The notes under the pieces were generated by a model. That model worked only from the letters and a program-made list of their open reading frames with translations. It was not told the origin of the DNA and did not search any database. Shown here one piece after another: positions 48,401 to 61,473 of a stretch of 64,000 bases of DNA (position 1 is the first letter of the stretch; each line of letters begins with the position of its first letter). The position numbers and the translations under genes were made by a program. Source of the stretch: Anthoceros angustus (taxonomy: Eukaryota > Plantae > Anthocerotophyta); the NCBI GenBank assembly GCA_010909165.1, contig MU008164.1:1240001-1304000 (forward strand). The letters run 5' to 3'.

Positions 48401-50365
48401 CACCTTACCTTGATCACGATGCCTATGTCATGGCATACCACGCTCTGTGAAGAGTGAGGACCATATTTCCAGGTTAGAGGTGCGGAGTCCTCGGTGGCGA
48501 CAATGTTGCGCGCCACACACATCGGTTGTCGAAGAGGTCGAGTTTTTTTCGTCCAAAGTTCATTCCTCGCCGTTTGTGCGATCAAGGGGAACATGTACTT
48601 GAGAACAAGTGTTGGGTTTGCATCGTCTCCGTCTCGATCCATGTAATGACATTGATGTTGTCGCGGGAGCAGTGTGAGGAAGAGGGGTCTTTTGATTTCC
48701 GGATGGTAGGTGACTCTCTTGTGAGGAGCCAAGGATGGTCAGATCTTGAATGGGGCCCCGGCCCTTCCGATCATGAGCAACAGCGAGTCCGAACTCCAAG
48801 GTTAGTTTGCCTTCAACAAAAAGCGCTTGTTTGCGGTGAAGACAATGTTGTGGCGAATAGTCCACCCCATCCGTGGCGGATTCCATCTCATGCACACGCA
48901 CGCAGTGGTATTGCGGTAATGCTCGTCGCCATCGACAAGCGTCCTCTCCGGCATTCCGTGGGGTGCCCATGACCCCGTGAACTTGAACTTATATCGCCAT
49001 TGATGGGAATCCACGCATCGGGCGAAGACACCGGGAAGGAAGGGAGATGGGGTGCGAATCCCGTCGTGGTTTGTTCCGCCAAGGAGCGATGTCGAGGATG
49101 ACCGCGAGTTCTTCCACAAGCAAATGATCCGTGGTGAGGATGGGGATGATGACTTTGTTCACCCTCCTCCGCTGGTGCATCTGGAACATTCCATCCCAAG
49201 CCTTTAAGTGAGACATTGATGACAACAAAGCTTTTACGGCGGACAAGCCGTGACGGCGCGGGGTGTCTTTGCAAAAATGTGATGAGAAGGTGACGGCGGA
49301 CTTTCTTAAACCGTGTTGCAACCAAATGTGCATGCGAGGTTGACCAAGCAAGGCCTTGAGCAACGATATAGGTTCCTCACAATGCGAGGCAAGAGCAAGA
49401 GACATTTTCTTCAAAGCCTCGTACATCGGGACCCGAGTCAAACTAACAAAGAAAGAGTTTTACGCATGTTATGGGATCGGTTCCTGTACTGTTGCGTGAA
49501 GGCCTTGAAGAGTATATTGTATGGGGCTGTGATACGAGGAAGGCGAAAGGGAGGGTCATGAGGAATGCCCGTGGGATAGTGTTCGAACCAACCCAATTCA
49601 TAAGTCCGTCATGCACTTGGTGCTCTAGCGTGGATGGATAATGCTTTTCATGGGTGAAAGACTTCGACGTGCGGTGTATAACGCGACACCTATACAAAGC
49701 GGAGATATGGTCATTGTACAAACGGCGGTTCAAAGCTCAGTGCGGTTTGTGGCCTGTGGTTTTGAAGTTATGGAAATCTAACTTCAGAGTGAAGATTCCC
49801 AAATCCAACAGTTCTCGACCGCTCAATATGTCAGGTTAAAGACCACCATTCGAATACAACTCGGAAGGTTGATCAAGGTAGATATCACTCTACCACTAGT
49901 ACAACCCATCTCAGGTGGAGGAGTTTTTCGTGTTCATCCCATAGTTCGCCGAATGAGCGGTGGTATGCGGATGGTTCGAAAACTGAGTGTCGGCGGGGTG
50001 GGCGCCCGGCCGCGCCCACCCTCGGATGACGACGTTTGGTTGCACAGTACCATGTTTGAAACTCGCAGTCCCTGTTCATGGATGGCCCACAGGTTGTAGG
50101 TTTGATTGGTCGAGTTTGAGGTTGGGGCCGGCGCCGGCTGCCGGCGCCCCAGGCCATCCACCTTCAAACTCGCCAACCATAATATATGACCTAGAAGGTG
50201 GACGTTTTGTAGATTTTAGATTGGGAAGATGGTAAATGTATGTGTGAAGAGGTGCTAGTCCACGACATCGGTTTGTTGTATGCAATGGGTTTCATGGATT
50301 TTGTCTTCGCTTGTGGTATGGAAGAAGCGTGTTTGTATGTGTGAAATTGGGAACGTGATAAACTT
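45471..50365. repeat. Internal tandem copy 2 of 40550-45465 (ParB part, N-terminal exon, 5' transposase)
   Basis: Constant 4892-bp offset with identical ORF translations over ~43000-45000 versus ~47900-49900; the rest aligns with many indels. ParB motif region at ~45590-46520. Lacks the MTase exon. Confidence 0.92.
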
Positions 50366-51059
50366 GGAAGGATGTCAAACTTGGAACGTGTTTGGCTGTG
50401 GACAGAAAAATATCAGGCCACGTTGGAGGCACACCGCGTGCAGCTGCAGGAGGAGTGTGGAGTGTGAATTTGTGTCCAGGGACACCGTGAGGTCCACATT
50501 CACCCTCAATGTCGTTGTAGGCTTAGGATTCGTTCCCAAGGGAATGGTTTGTGCCAAGAGCGCTAACTTCTACTCGACCTTCACCTAAGTCAAGACTTAC
50601 TTGCTATTACTCCTCTTACCTATCTACTCAACCACTACTACCCCCGACTTGTCTAACTACCACGGCTCTTATTCCACGACCGCAAATCTTATTCCACGCG
50701 GTGGCTCTCACCACTAGTGGTTGCTTGACCAAATGGGTCCCACAAACCCTAGCGACTTATTTCCGGCGCAGCGCCGGATCCTGCAGGCGTCGCCATGCGG
50801 ATCGCTTTATTCCCCACTTCATGCACACACACACCGATTCCTAGGGACCTAAATTCCACAAATCCCTCACGCTCCACACACACACAAGGCGCCACACTCA
50901 CACAATTTTACAAGGGGAGCTGTTCCCCTTGTGCCACTTCCACAGCAGGTTTGGTTTCTTTTGGATTCACACAAATCTCCTGCTAGTCTCTCAATTAGTT
51001 CCCTTCTCAACTCCTCTTACACCTCGCCAGCGTCTGATTGTTTAGTCACTCCTTCACCC

Positions 51060-51875
51060 AATCTTCTCTCTCTCTCTTCCCCTGTGGAGCCTCGCTATGT
51101 GAGCGATCGTATGCCTGCTCAAGTGCCCACCATGCCTTGCTCTCCCACTCGAGTCCCTGTCTCCATACTCCTGGATCGACAGGAGGTGCCTCAATAGAAC
51201 TGCGCACTCGCCCGCCCACCGCCGCCCACCGTCTCTTCCGCAACTAGTGCAAGGCGTGCAGCAATCGGGCGCGCCGGCCGCGCCCAACCCTTCGATGTGC
51301 CTTGGGAACCCCAAACCGGTGGGTCCGTGTAACCAGTCTCCAAGACTCCTACAGGAGGGCGCGCCGGCCGGGCGCCCCTCCTCCGGCAGATCACCACCGG
51401 GTACCTCCATGGAGGAGCCGTGAAAAGGAATGTCCAAAGAACGGAGCATCCTTCCATCCTCTGCCTCACGAAAGTCGTCATCGTCGGAGTGGCCAGGGCG
51501 TCGGGTACACCATCCTCCTCATCGGATGGGCCGAGCTCACTAGCGCACGGCTGCCGGTGAGCCGTCATGCACATTCATCGTCAAGCCGGGCTCGACTCGT
51601 CGTTGTGACATTTCCTCCTATCTTTGGATGCGGATTCTAATCTTCCGCATATGGTCGTAATCTGCTCTAGCTTGTCGAGCATCCCGCAAAGCAGAAAAGG
51701 ATTGAGGAACAAGATAGAAGGCACAAGTCATGGAAACCAACATACAACGATTTGCATCAATTGCCTTGAAAACCTTATTCCAAAATTTTTTACAAATATC
51801 GACGCATAGCATTTCAAACTCTACCAGTTTGAAGGATCGCACTCTTGCTTTGGAAGCCATGTAGGTCAATTTCAT
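51060..51875. repeat. Start of internal copy 3 (equivalent to ~41690-42465), continuing at 56854 after the copia insertion
   Basis: gtggagcctcgctatgtgagcg..gccatgt aligns to copy 1 and resumes as ctcataagccttgtacatgg at 56854. Confidence 0.85.
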
Positions 51876-52108
51876 TGTAAGGGTATTAAAGCCCAACATA
51901 CTAGACTAACACTTAGTCTAAGTTAGGTGTCGCTATATCATTAGTTTAGCTTAAGCTAATCACTAGGAAGCTTCTCCTTCCTAGGAGCTTCTTGTGGAGC
52001 TTAGGAGCTATTGAGGGTATAAATACCTCCAAGCCTCATCTCAATGTGAGAGCTACACTTGCCTCCTCCTCTCCTCTCCTCTTTCCATCATGGCGCCACG
52101 ATCCTTCA
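51876..52108 (+). repeat. 5' LTR of copia element
   Basis: tgtaagggtattaaagc...gatccttca, with TATA-like gggtataaatacc. Confidence 0.92.
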
Positions 52109-55100
52109 ACCGGTATCGAGCCATGGTTTGGTTGTGTTGTGATGCTAGAATAGTCAGTAGGTGATCCAGAGCAATTGCAGGCAACGCGCGAGCAGCGAGG
52201 GCGAGGCCGTGAGCGGGCAAAGCCGCGACCGGCGCGGGCGGCACGGCGAGGCCGCGGCGACACCTGAGCCGGGCCGCTGGGGCGTGGGAGCGGCCGCGGG
52301 CGGGGCCGGCGGACGCGGCCAGTCAGACGCGCCGGGCGCAGCCGCGGCGCGCGCTGGGGCGCTGGGCTGCGGGCCTGGCGGGGCGCGGCCGGGCGCTGGG
52401 CGCGGGCGCGGGCGCGCAGTGCCGGGCGCCGCGCTGGGCCTCAGGGCGGGCTGGCGGCGCCGCTGGGCGGCGCGGGGCCCGCAGCGCCGGGCGCCTGGGG
52501 CCCGGGCCCGCAGCGCGGCGCGCCAGCGCCGCGCGGGCCCGCAGCGCTGGCGCCCGCAGGCCCGGGCGGGCGCGGCAGCGCGAGGCCGCTGGCGCCGCGG
52601 CGCTGGCGGCGCGCGGCTGCCGCTGCAACGCCGAGGGCGCCGTACGCGAGGCCGCTGCCGCTGGCGGTGGCACGGCTGGGCGCTGGTCAGGCGCGGGCCG
52701 CGACGGGCGTGGCGCGGTGGCCGCGCGTGTGTGTGGCGCGGGCAGCCGACGCGGCACAGAGTTGAGTGCCGAACGCTGAGTAAAATTCACGAATATTCGG
52801 TGGATAATCAACGTAAAATACACGCCGTGACGGATCGCTTTCTTTGACTTTGACTTTTCTAACAAGGCGAGTCGAGTGTTTAGACGATTTTTGATCATGA
52901 TGTCTTCATCGTAAAACGCTATGTAATATCGAGAAGTTAGATGGTACTAACTTCCCGCTCGAAAGAACAAGTGTATAATGTTCTAGTGCGTAAAAAGCGT
53001 ATCAAGCCCATAAAGTTGTTAGGCCAAACCGTATATGACTGATGAGTGGCGTGGACTCGATGAGCTTGCTAGATCTACTATCATGCTAACATTGTCAAAA
53101 CAAAGTTTCAATGTGAAAGATAAGACCACGAGTTACGGAGGTGTCTGTGACCAGATGAGAAGCAAAGCGGCTTCTCGTGTATTGGTTGAAACAAATTGGT
53201 GGACTTGAAGATGAAGGAAGGGACGAGGATGTCCGATCATCCGAATGATTTCAATACCATTTTCAGCCAGCTCTCATCTCAAGGTATCACGCCCCATCTG
53301 AGAGCTATGTTTCGCTGGTCACATTACTGAGAGTTGGGACACCTTCGCATGCCTCGAGTAATTCTCGCCTCGCTAGTGGTCTTACCATTGTAAATGTAGA
53401 AGGTAGCCCGTTAACCGAGGAGGTGAACAGAAAACATGGAACCTTCCAAAGGTTCCAAAGCTCATAGTGAGAGGGAGGTCCACCGCGAAGAAGCAACCGA
53501 TGTAAGCTTCTCTAGCAAATCTCGTAGTCGTAATAAGAATGTGGAGTGTCACTATTGTCAAAAGGGGTCACTTCAAAGAGAGAGAAGTTCAAAAGGACCA
53601 AGGAAAGAGAAGAAGGTGACGACAAGAAGGCGACTTCGTCTGGTTGGAAGAGTTAAACTCGCTGAGGACGGAGATGTCCTTATCTCTTCTTACTTGAATG
53701 CCGCACAATTAACACCGTGGATAGTCATTTATTCTCGCAATTGGATAATTGACTCGCATCTTTCCATGTTCAGAGAGTGGTTTAGCACGATGATGCTACA
53801 AGGAAAGGATGCGTTAGGCTTGGAAATAACTATGCGATCGCAGCGAGGTGATGTGCAACTCAAGTTTGACAACGGATCTTCATTCATGTCAAGGACGTTA
53901 GGCATGTTCAAGTTGACAAAGAGCATGATTAGCGCAGATGCTTGATGATGCCGGTTACCACCGCCGGTTTGGGGATCACTCTTGGAAGATCTCCAAAGGT
54001 TCTCTTGTGTTAGCTCGTGGATCAAGTGGCACTTTGTACTCACTTGTGTAAACACCGCCAAAGATCATGTGATCTGACAGAGCCAAATGTTTCCTTGTGG
54101 CATTGCTTGCTAGGACATATGTCTCAAGGGAATGAAGGTTTTATCTCGCTCGTTATATCCTCGTTTAACTTCTCGATCTCTCGATGTGTGAGCACTGCTT
54201 ATATGGGAAATGACAAAATCATCACATCGAGAGGTAAAAGTAGTAGAGTAAACCTCTTGAGTTGGTTCACAGTGATGTATGTGGACCTATGCCATCGTGA
54301 TCATTAGGCCTCCTATTTTGTCACTTATAGATGATTTCACGCAAGGTGTGGGTTTATCCTTTGAGGAAAAGGATGAAGTTCGACGTTTTAAATTTGTCAC
54401 CCTTGTAGAGAATCACCGCCACCGATTGAAGTGTCTAAGGACGATAATGGTGAGTATGTTTCGAAGCTTTCAGCCATTCCGTGATTCCAAGGGAATCAAA
54501 GAGAATTGATCGGCAGATACTCCTCCACAAAATGGTGTGCGAGGATGAATGTAACCATTCAGAGAGGATGCGAGTTTGTTGTCAAACTCGATTGCCTAAT
54601 GGGTTTTGTGTAAGCTGTTCACCGCAGCTCATCTTATTAATGATCTCCTAATAAGGTCGTTGATGAGTTGTTCCAGAGGAGCTATGGTCCGAAAGAAACC
54701 ATCCTACAAGCATCCGCGAGTGTTTGGTCGTGAGGCATACCGCCATGTTCCAAAAGAGTTTCGGGACAAGTTGGCACCTAAGTCCAAGAAATGTATTTTT
54801 CTTGGCTATGGTGATTCCGTGAGATGGGATACCGCTTGGGATCCAGGCTAGAAAGGTTGTTCAGATTAACGACGTGTTCTTCAATGAGAACAAGATGCAC
54901 AAGCCTACTCCAACCGTGGAGGTGCGAAGGGTGATCTTCCAAGAAGATGGACATGATCATCATGGTGTTGATAACGCGTGCGAGCACATTCCTCCACCGT
55001 AGATGAACCAAGAGTCGAACAAGCACCTATAGAGGTTCGTCAGAGGTCGCAGATTACACGACCTCGATGTATGATCCATCTCGGATTATGTTATGCCGAC

Positions 55101-56603
55101 AGATTGGGGAACCCTCTTCTTACAAAGAGGCCATGTCAACGAGTAACAAAGAGAAGTGGGAGAAGGCCATGCAATGAAATGAATTCCGATAAGAACCAAA
55201 CTTGGGAGTTGGTTCGTTGAAGGATAAGGCACTACTGCAAATGGGTGTACAAGATGAAGGTCATACCGCTTGATGGCAAACCAAAGTACAAGGCACGATT
55301 GGTTGCTAAGGGTTTCAAGCAACAACTGCATTGACTTTGATGAGATTTTCTCACCAAGAGTCAAAATGACAACTGCGATGTGTTCTGCTTTGGTTGCCGT
55401 GAATGATATGGAACTTGTGATGGATGTCAAGACGGCATTCTTGCATGGTGACCTTCAAGAGGACGTCTACATGAACCGTAAGGTTTTGTTGAGAAGGGCA
55501 AAGAGCATCCGTGTGCGGTTGAGGAAGAGCCTTTATGGTTTAAAGCACCCGAGAGTGGTATCACAAGTTCCACTCATTTATGCTTTCTCAAGGCTACAAA
55601 CGAAGCGATGAGGATCATTGCCTCTATAAAGCAAGCTAAGGATCAAAGCTTGCTCATTTTGATCCTATGTGGATGATATGCTAATTGTAACAAGATCGAT
55701 GAGATTTCGTTGAAGTCAAAGTTGAATGCTCACTTTGAAATGATGACTTGGGAGAGGCGAGCCATATACTTGGCATGCGATTCGAATGTATACAAGCGCC
55801 CCGCTTTATTTGTCTCGCATTTTAATACATTAACAGGTGCTTCAACGCTTCAACATGGAGAAGGGAAGCCATTGGGTACCCATTGCCTCCATATGTGAAA
55901 CTTTCTGGATTGCCCAAGCTCGAGGAGGACAAAGTCGAAATGGAGAAGGTCCCATACTCATCGTAGGGAGTTTGATGTATGCAATGATTGCTACACGCCC
56001 GACATTGCCTTTGCAAGTGAGTGGTTAGTGTGTTTATGTCAAACCTCGCAAGAAGCATTGGGAGGCAGAAAGGAGTTATGAGGTATCCGAATGGTACAAA
56101 AGCTTTGTGCATATGTTTTGGTAGTGAAGATGCATGTGTGGTTGGGTACGATGCCGATTATGCGGGATATGGACAAAGGAGGTCCACATCAGTTATGTCT
56201 TCATGTGCACCGGAGGGGCGCCTCATGGCGATCTCGCTTGCGGCATTACGCTATCTACCACAGAGGCCGAGTATGCAAAGAATCGAGGCTTGCAAGGAAG
56301 CCATGGCTTGCCTGGGGAGACTTGGGGATCAAGGTTGAGTCGCTGTTGCATTGTGATAGCCGAGTGCTATCCAATTGGCAAAGAATCCATGTTTCATGCG
56401 AAGACTAAACATGTGGATGTGAAGTATCACTTCATTCGAGAGGTGTTGGACGACAAGAGGGTACAACTTGTCAAGGTTCACACCACCAACCCCGCAGATA
56501 TTCTTACCAAGGGACTCTCTACGAGCAATTTGCACAAGCTCTGACATCGATGGGCATGAGATAGTCCATTCTCTGAAGGTAAATTGGCCTTTAAGTGGGA
56601 GGT

Positions 56604-56853
56604 TGTAAGGGTATTAAAGCTCAATGTACTTAGACTAATACACTTAGTCTAAGTTAGGTGTCCATATCATTAGTTTAGCTTAAGCTAATCACTAGGAAGC
56701 TTCTTGTGCTCCTTCCTAGGAGCTTCTTGTGGAGCTTAGGAGTATTGAGGGTATAAATACCTCCAAGCCTCATCTCAATGTGAGAGAGCTACACTTGCCT
56801 CCTCCTCTCCTCTCTCCTCTTTCCACCAAAGATGGTCGCCCTACGATCCTTCA
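56604..56853 (+). repeat. 3' LTR of copia element
   Basis: tgtaagggtattaaagc...gatccttca, preceded by the PPT. Confidence 0.92.
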
Positions 56854-57584
56854 CTCATAAGCCTTGTACATGGTTTCATCTTCGCTTATCCGATCAAATA
56901 CCAAAGGCTTTGTTGCAGCAAGATCTCAAACATGTGCTCGTCCATCCATATCCATCGCCCATAGAACCCAAATTTTGCTCTGGGTTTGGCAAGGCCCCTT
57001 GAACCCTACGACCCAGTTCAATAGAGGAGTCCAAAATTGTTCTCCTCCAAGGCTCCTCATCCCGTGTCAACATCCGCCCTTCTCGAGCGTACAGTGGCCT
57101 CCACCTTGCTCCCCAACCGACGATGGCAACAGATCCTCATAGTTAAATGGCGTTGGAATAGGCGCTGATCGATGTGGGGTCTCTTCCTCGGTCTCCTCCT
57201 GCAGCCTTCTCCTTCGCCGGCCTTCCCGGATGGCTGCCCGATTTCCCATGCCCAATTGACAAATTACCTGGGGTGCTTGATGGCTGGTTGTATCTCGCCT
57301 CCACCGGAGGTAGGCTGCCTTCTCCGACATCCACACCAAATTCCGCCGCATCCTTCTTCTTGCCGCCGGGCCGGGATTTCTTGGTTTTGGGCATCGGTCG
57401 ATGTTCTCGCCCGTTCTCCACGTTCCTTCCTACTTGTCTTCCGCTTGCCATCCTCAAGAGATTAGATACAATCTGCCATAGGAAGCCAGCGCAATTCAAA
57501 GAAGGAATCAGCGTCGCACAACTTGAAGGAAATTTGCAGAACAGGAAGGGGGAGGGCCATACCGCAAGACTATGTGAATCGCGG

Positions 57585-60500
57585 CGAAGAGGAAATGGCG
57601 GAGGATCGCAGCGCGTGGAGAAGTCGCGTGCTGGGAGACAGCGCCAAAAGTCCTTCGCCTGCTGAGAGCTGATGCTGCTGAGGCGGCCGCCACCGTTCCG
57701 TCTGGGCTGGAAGAACTTCCTCTCCTCGGTTACTCCACTTGAACCGAAAGTATGACGCCTGCTCGGTCACGCCATACACATGTGCCAACCCTAACCATAA
57801 ATGTCAATTAAGGAAATGATTACGGAAAACCATTTATAGGACCCTAAGTCAAAAGCCGCATATGTGAACCCCAATGCCGAAAACAATGAAGAGGCGGTGT
57901 GCCTCAGCCGCCAAGTTCTACCGGTGAAGATCTTTCGGTTTATTTGCTCATAATGGCATTTCCACCTTACCTTCACCACTCCGCCTATGTCATGGCATAC
58001 CACGCGCGTGAAGAGTGAGGACCATATTTCCAGGTTAGAGGTGCGGAGTCCGCCGGGCGACAATGTTGCGCCACCCACACATCGCTTGTCAAGAGGTCGA
58101 GTTTTTCGTCCACAAAGTTCATTCCTCACGCTTTGTGCGATCAAGGGGAACATGTACTTGAGAACAAGTGTTGGGTTTGCATCGCCTCTCCGTCTCTGTC
58201 ACCCATGTAATGACCGACATTGATGTTGTCGCAGCAGAGGTGTGGAAGAGGGGTCTTTGATTTCCGGATGGTAGGTGACTCTCTTGTGAGGAGCCAAGGA
58301 TGGTCAGATCGAATGGGGCCCGGCCCCTTCGATCATGAGCAACGAAAACGAGTCCGAACTGGTTAGTTTGCCTTCAACAAGAAACAGCTTGTTTGCGGAA
58401 GACACATCCGCGTGGCGATTCCATCTCATGCACACCGCAAAGTGGTATTGCGGTAATGCTCGCCGCCATCGACAAGCGCCCTCCCCGATTCCGCGTGGGG
58501 TGCCCATGACCCCGTGAACTTGAACTTATATGCCGCCATTGATGGAATCCGCATCCGCGAAGACACCAGGAAGGAAGGGAGATGCGTAATCCGTCGTGGT
58601 TTGTTCCGCCAAGGAGCGCGCGAGGATGACCGCAGGATCGAGTTCTTCCACAAGCAAATGATCCGTGGATCGAGGATGGGGATGATGACTTTGTTCACCC
58701 TCCTCCGGCTGGTGCATCCGGAACATTCCATCCCAAGCCTTTAAGTGAGACATTGATGACAACAAAGCATGACAAGCAGCGACGCAGCGTGTCTTTGCAA
58801 AAATGTGAAATGGAGAAGGTGACAGACTTTCTTAAACCGTGTTGCAACCAAATGTGCATGCAGAGGTTGACCAAGCAAGGCCTTGAGCAACGATATAGGT
58901 TCCTCACAATGTGGTGCAAGAGCAAGAGACATTTCTTCAAAGCCTCGTACATCGGGACCCGAGTCAAACTAACAAAGAAAGAGTTTTACGCATGTTATGG
59001 GATCGGTTCTCTACTGCTGAAGGCCTTGTAAGAGTATATTGTATGTACAACAGATACGAGGAATCGAAAGGGAGGGTCATGAGGAATGCCCGTGGGATAG
59101 TGTTCGAACCAACCCAATTCATAAGTCCGTCATGCACTTGGTGCTCTAGCGTGGATGGATAATGCTTTTCGCTCATGGTGAAAGACTTCAACGCAGTGTA
59201 TAACCGCCCGACACCTATACAAAGCGGAGATATGGTCATTGTACAAACGCGTGTCAAAGCTCGTCCGCTTTGACGACGCTGCGTGGTTTTGAAGTTATGG
59301 AAATCTAACTTCACCGAGTGAAGATTCCCAAATCCAACAGTTCTCGACCGCTCAATATGTGCAGTTAAAGACCACCATTGAATACAACTGGAAGGTTGAT
59401 CAAGGTAGATATCACTCTACCACTAGTACAACCCATCGGTGGGAGGAGTTTTCGTGTTCATCCCATAGTTCGCCGAATGAGCAGGTATGCGGATGGTTCG
59501 AAAACCGAGTGTCGAGGGTGGGGGCGGCCGCCCACCCTCGGATGACCGACCGCCAGAGTTGCCCGAGTACCATGTTTGAAACTCGCAGTCCTTGTTCATG
59601 GATGGCCGGGTTGTAGGTTTGATTGGTCGAGTTTAGGGGCCGGGCGCGGCCGCCGGGCGCCTGGCCCCATCCACCTTCAAACTCGCCAACCATAATATAT
59701 GACCTAGAAGGTGGACGTTTTGTAGATTTTAGATTGGGGAAGATGGTAAATGTATGTGTGAAGAGGTGATAGTCCACGATCGGTTTGTTGTATGCAATGG
59801 GTTTCATGGATTGTCTTCGCTTGTGGTGGAAGAAGCGTGTTTGTATGTGTGAAATTGGGAACGTGAAAACTTGGAAGGATGTGACACTTGGAACGCGGTG
59901 GCGAAAATATCGGCCGCGTAGAGGCACAGGCTGGAGGAGCGGGAAAAATGGCAAAACACCGTGAAAAGAGTTACAGGAACCGGATAAGTACATGCTCCTC
60001 GCTATAGACGGAATGGACCAAGAAGACCGAGATTCCACACTGCGTTGGCCAAAGAATCTTGATGAGGATTGCCGTGTATCTGTGCACGTAGTGGGTTGCA
60101 TGATCCACAATTATACGTACGCAGCAAGAGTGTTTTGCACTATGCCAATTTGAGGAACGATGCGAATCGACAATCGGATTATTCAAGATGTTATTCTTAA
60201 TTATAAAGGAGTGCTACCCAAAGTGCTCTATTTGCAGCTTGACAACACTTGCCGGAAAACAAGAACCACTGTTGTTTGCGATTTGAACATGCTAGTTGAT
60301 ATGGGAACTTTTCAAAGGTGAAGGTTCCTCCTTGTTGGGCACACTCACGACCAAATCGACCAAATGTTCTCTTGCTTTTCCAAAAGCTTGAAGCACAAGG
60401 AGGCACACACTCTTCCGCGTTGGCATAATTTCATGCATACACGCCTACACCGGAGATCAAAGTTTTGCGGAGGTCCCGACTTCCATATGTATGGATTAGA

Positions 60501-61473
60501 CAAGGCGATGGTCATATTCATCGGTGAGAAAATTGAACAACTTATCTTTCCAGACGTTTTAAAATCACGAGAAGACAAACCGACTGGTGCGATGAATTAG
60601 GAGCAAGCAATATTCGACATCGATGTATTGGGAAACCGAAGCCGGGTTGGAGTTTTTGAAATTTGTCCCTCCAACGATATAACAACAAGACGTACCGCCG
60701 GCCTCCGGCTCGAGACAAAAAGGGACGTCGGCAGGTTATCTCAAGGAGTGGCACATTTGAGAGCGGGTCCTGAGCGCCATATGTGAGGACAATATGGATG
60801 GTGGGAAGCATTTTGGGTGGACCAAGAAGAAATCGCAATAATCGTGGAGAACAACATTGGGCTCGCACTAGAAGTGCCGTGGAAATGGTTCTCTCGAATC
60901 GGAAGAAACAGAACCACTCCAAGTTCGATGAAGCTATCCTAGAGGAGGCGTTAAGAGAACTCCCCAACGGATATGTACTTGGGGCCTTACCGAGCTTGGG
61001 AAGGCGCAGCAGAAATGGCACGCATGGAGATGTAAAAGACATAAAGGAAGGATGTTCATCGCAGACCTTGTACCGATACGCATAATCGGCCTTCCGGATT
61101 GGGAAAGTTAATCGTGAGGTTGGATGTGGAAGAGCCGTTCACCGGTACAGGATCGCACGATGCATATGAAGGCGTATACGTGGAAGAATATGTGATTCCG
61201 ACCCTTCCACCGAGAGTGGGATTGGAAGGAAAAAGGGTGGGAAGGCAAATTTCAAGAATGTTCAAGAAGTCTTCATCAATAAAACCGTCATCTTGTATTA
61301 TGGGTTCGTTTGAATTCCGTAAACATCTCTATTCCATTGACAAAAAGCGATCGGATAAGTTGAATGAATTGCGGGGCTTCATCGAGCCAACCAAAGTGCA
61401 CCAAGATAGTGACGAAGACGGTGAGGACATCGGGCCCTTGGACATGGAAGGTGTCAATTCGGGAGATGAGTGA
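57585..61473 (+). CDS. Sola-like DDD transposase (copy 3, only copy with catalytic core), probable intron ~59432-59920, many frameshifts
   Basis: CCNQMC N-terminal region, then KHREKSYRN.DKYMLLAIDGMDQ (60001-60021), VHVVGCMIH, LPKVLYLQLDNTC..NKNH (60235-60246), LVGHTHDQIDQMFSCFS (60337-60369), and a C-terminal HGDVKDIKEG..IGKLIV region ending in TGA at 61473. Confidence 0.82.

Larger units (their letters stand above)
51876..56853 (+). mobile_element. Ty1/copia LTR retrotransposon (~4.98 kb), structurally complete, heavily frameshifted
   Basis: LTRs 51876-52108 and 56604-56853 (TG..CA). PBS-like cggtatcgagcc at 52111 (tRNA-iMet TGGTATCAGAGC-like); PPT aagtgggagg at 56593-56602; 5-bp TSD ttcat/ctcat. 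Coding motifs in copia order: gag (LVDLKMKEG, CHYCQK), protease (WIIDS), LWHC..GHMS, integrase PPQNG, RT (LRKSLYGLK, YVDDML), RNase H (LSTTEAEY, KTKHVDVKYHFIREV). Confidence 0.95.
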
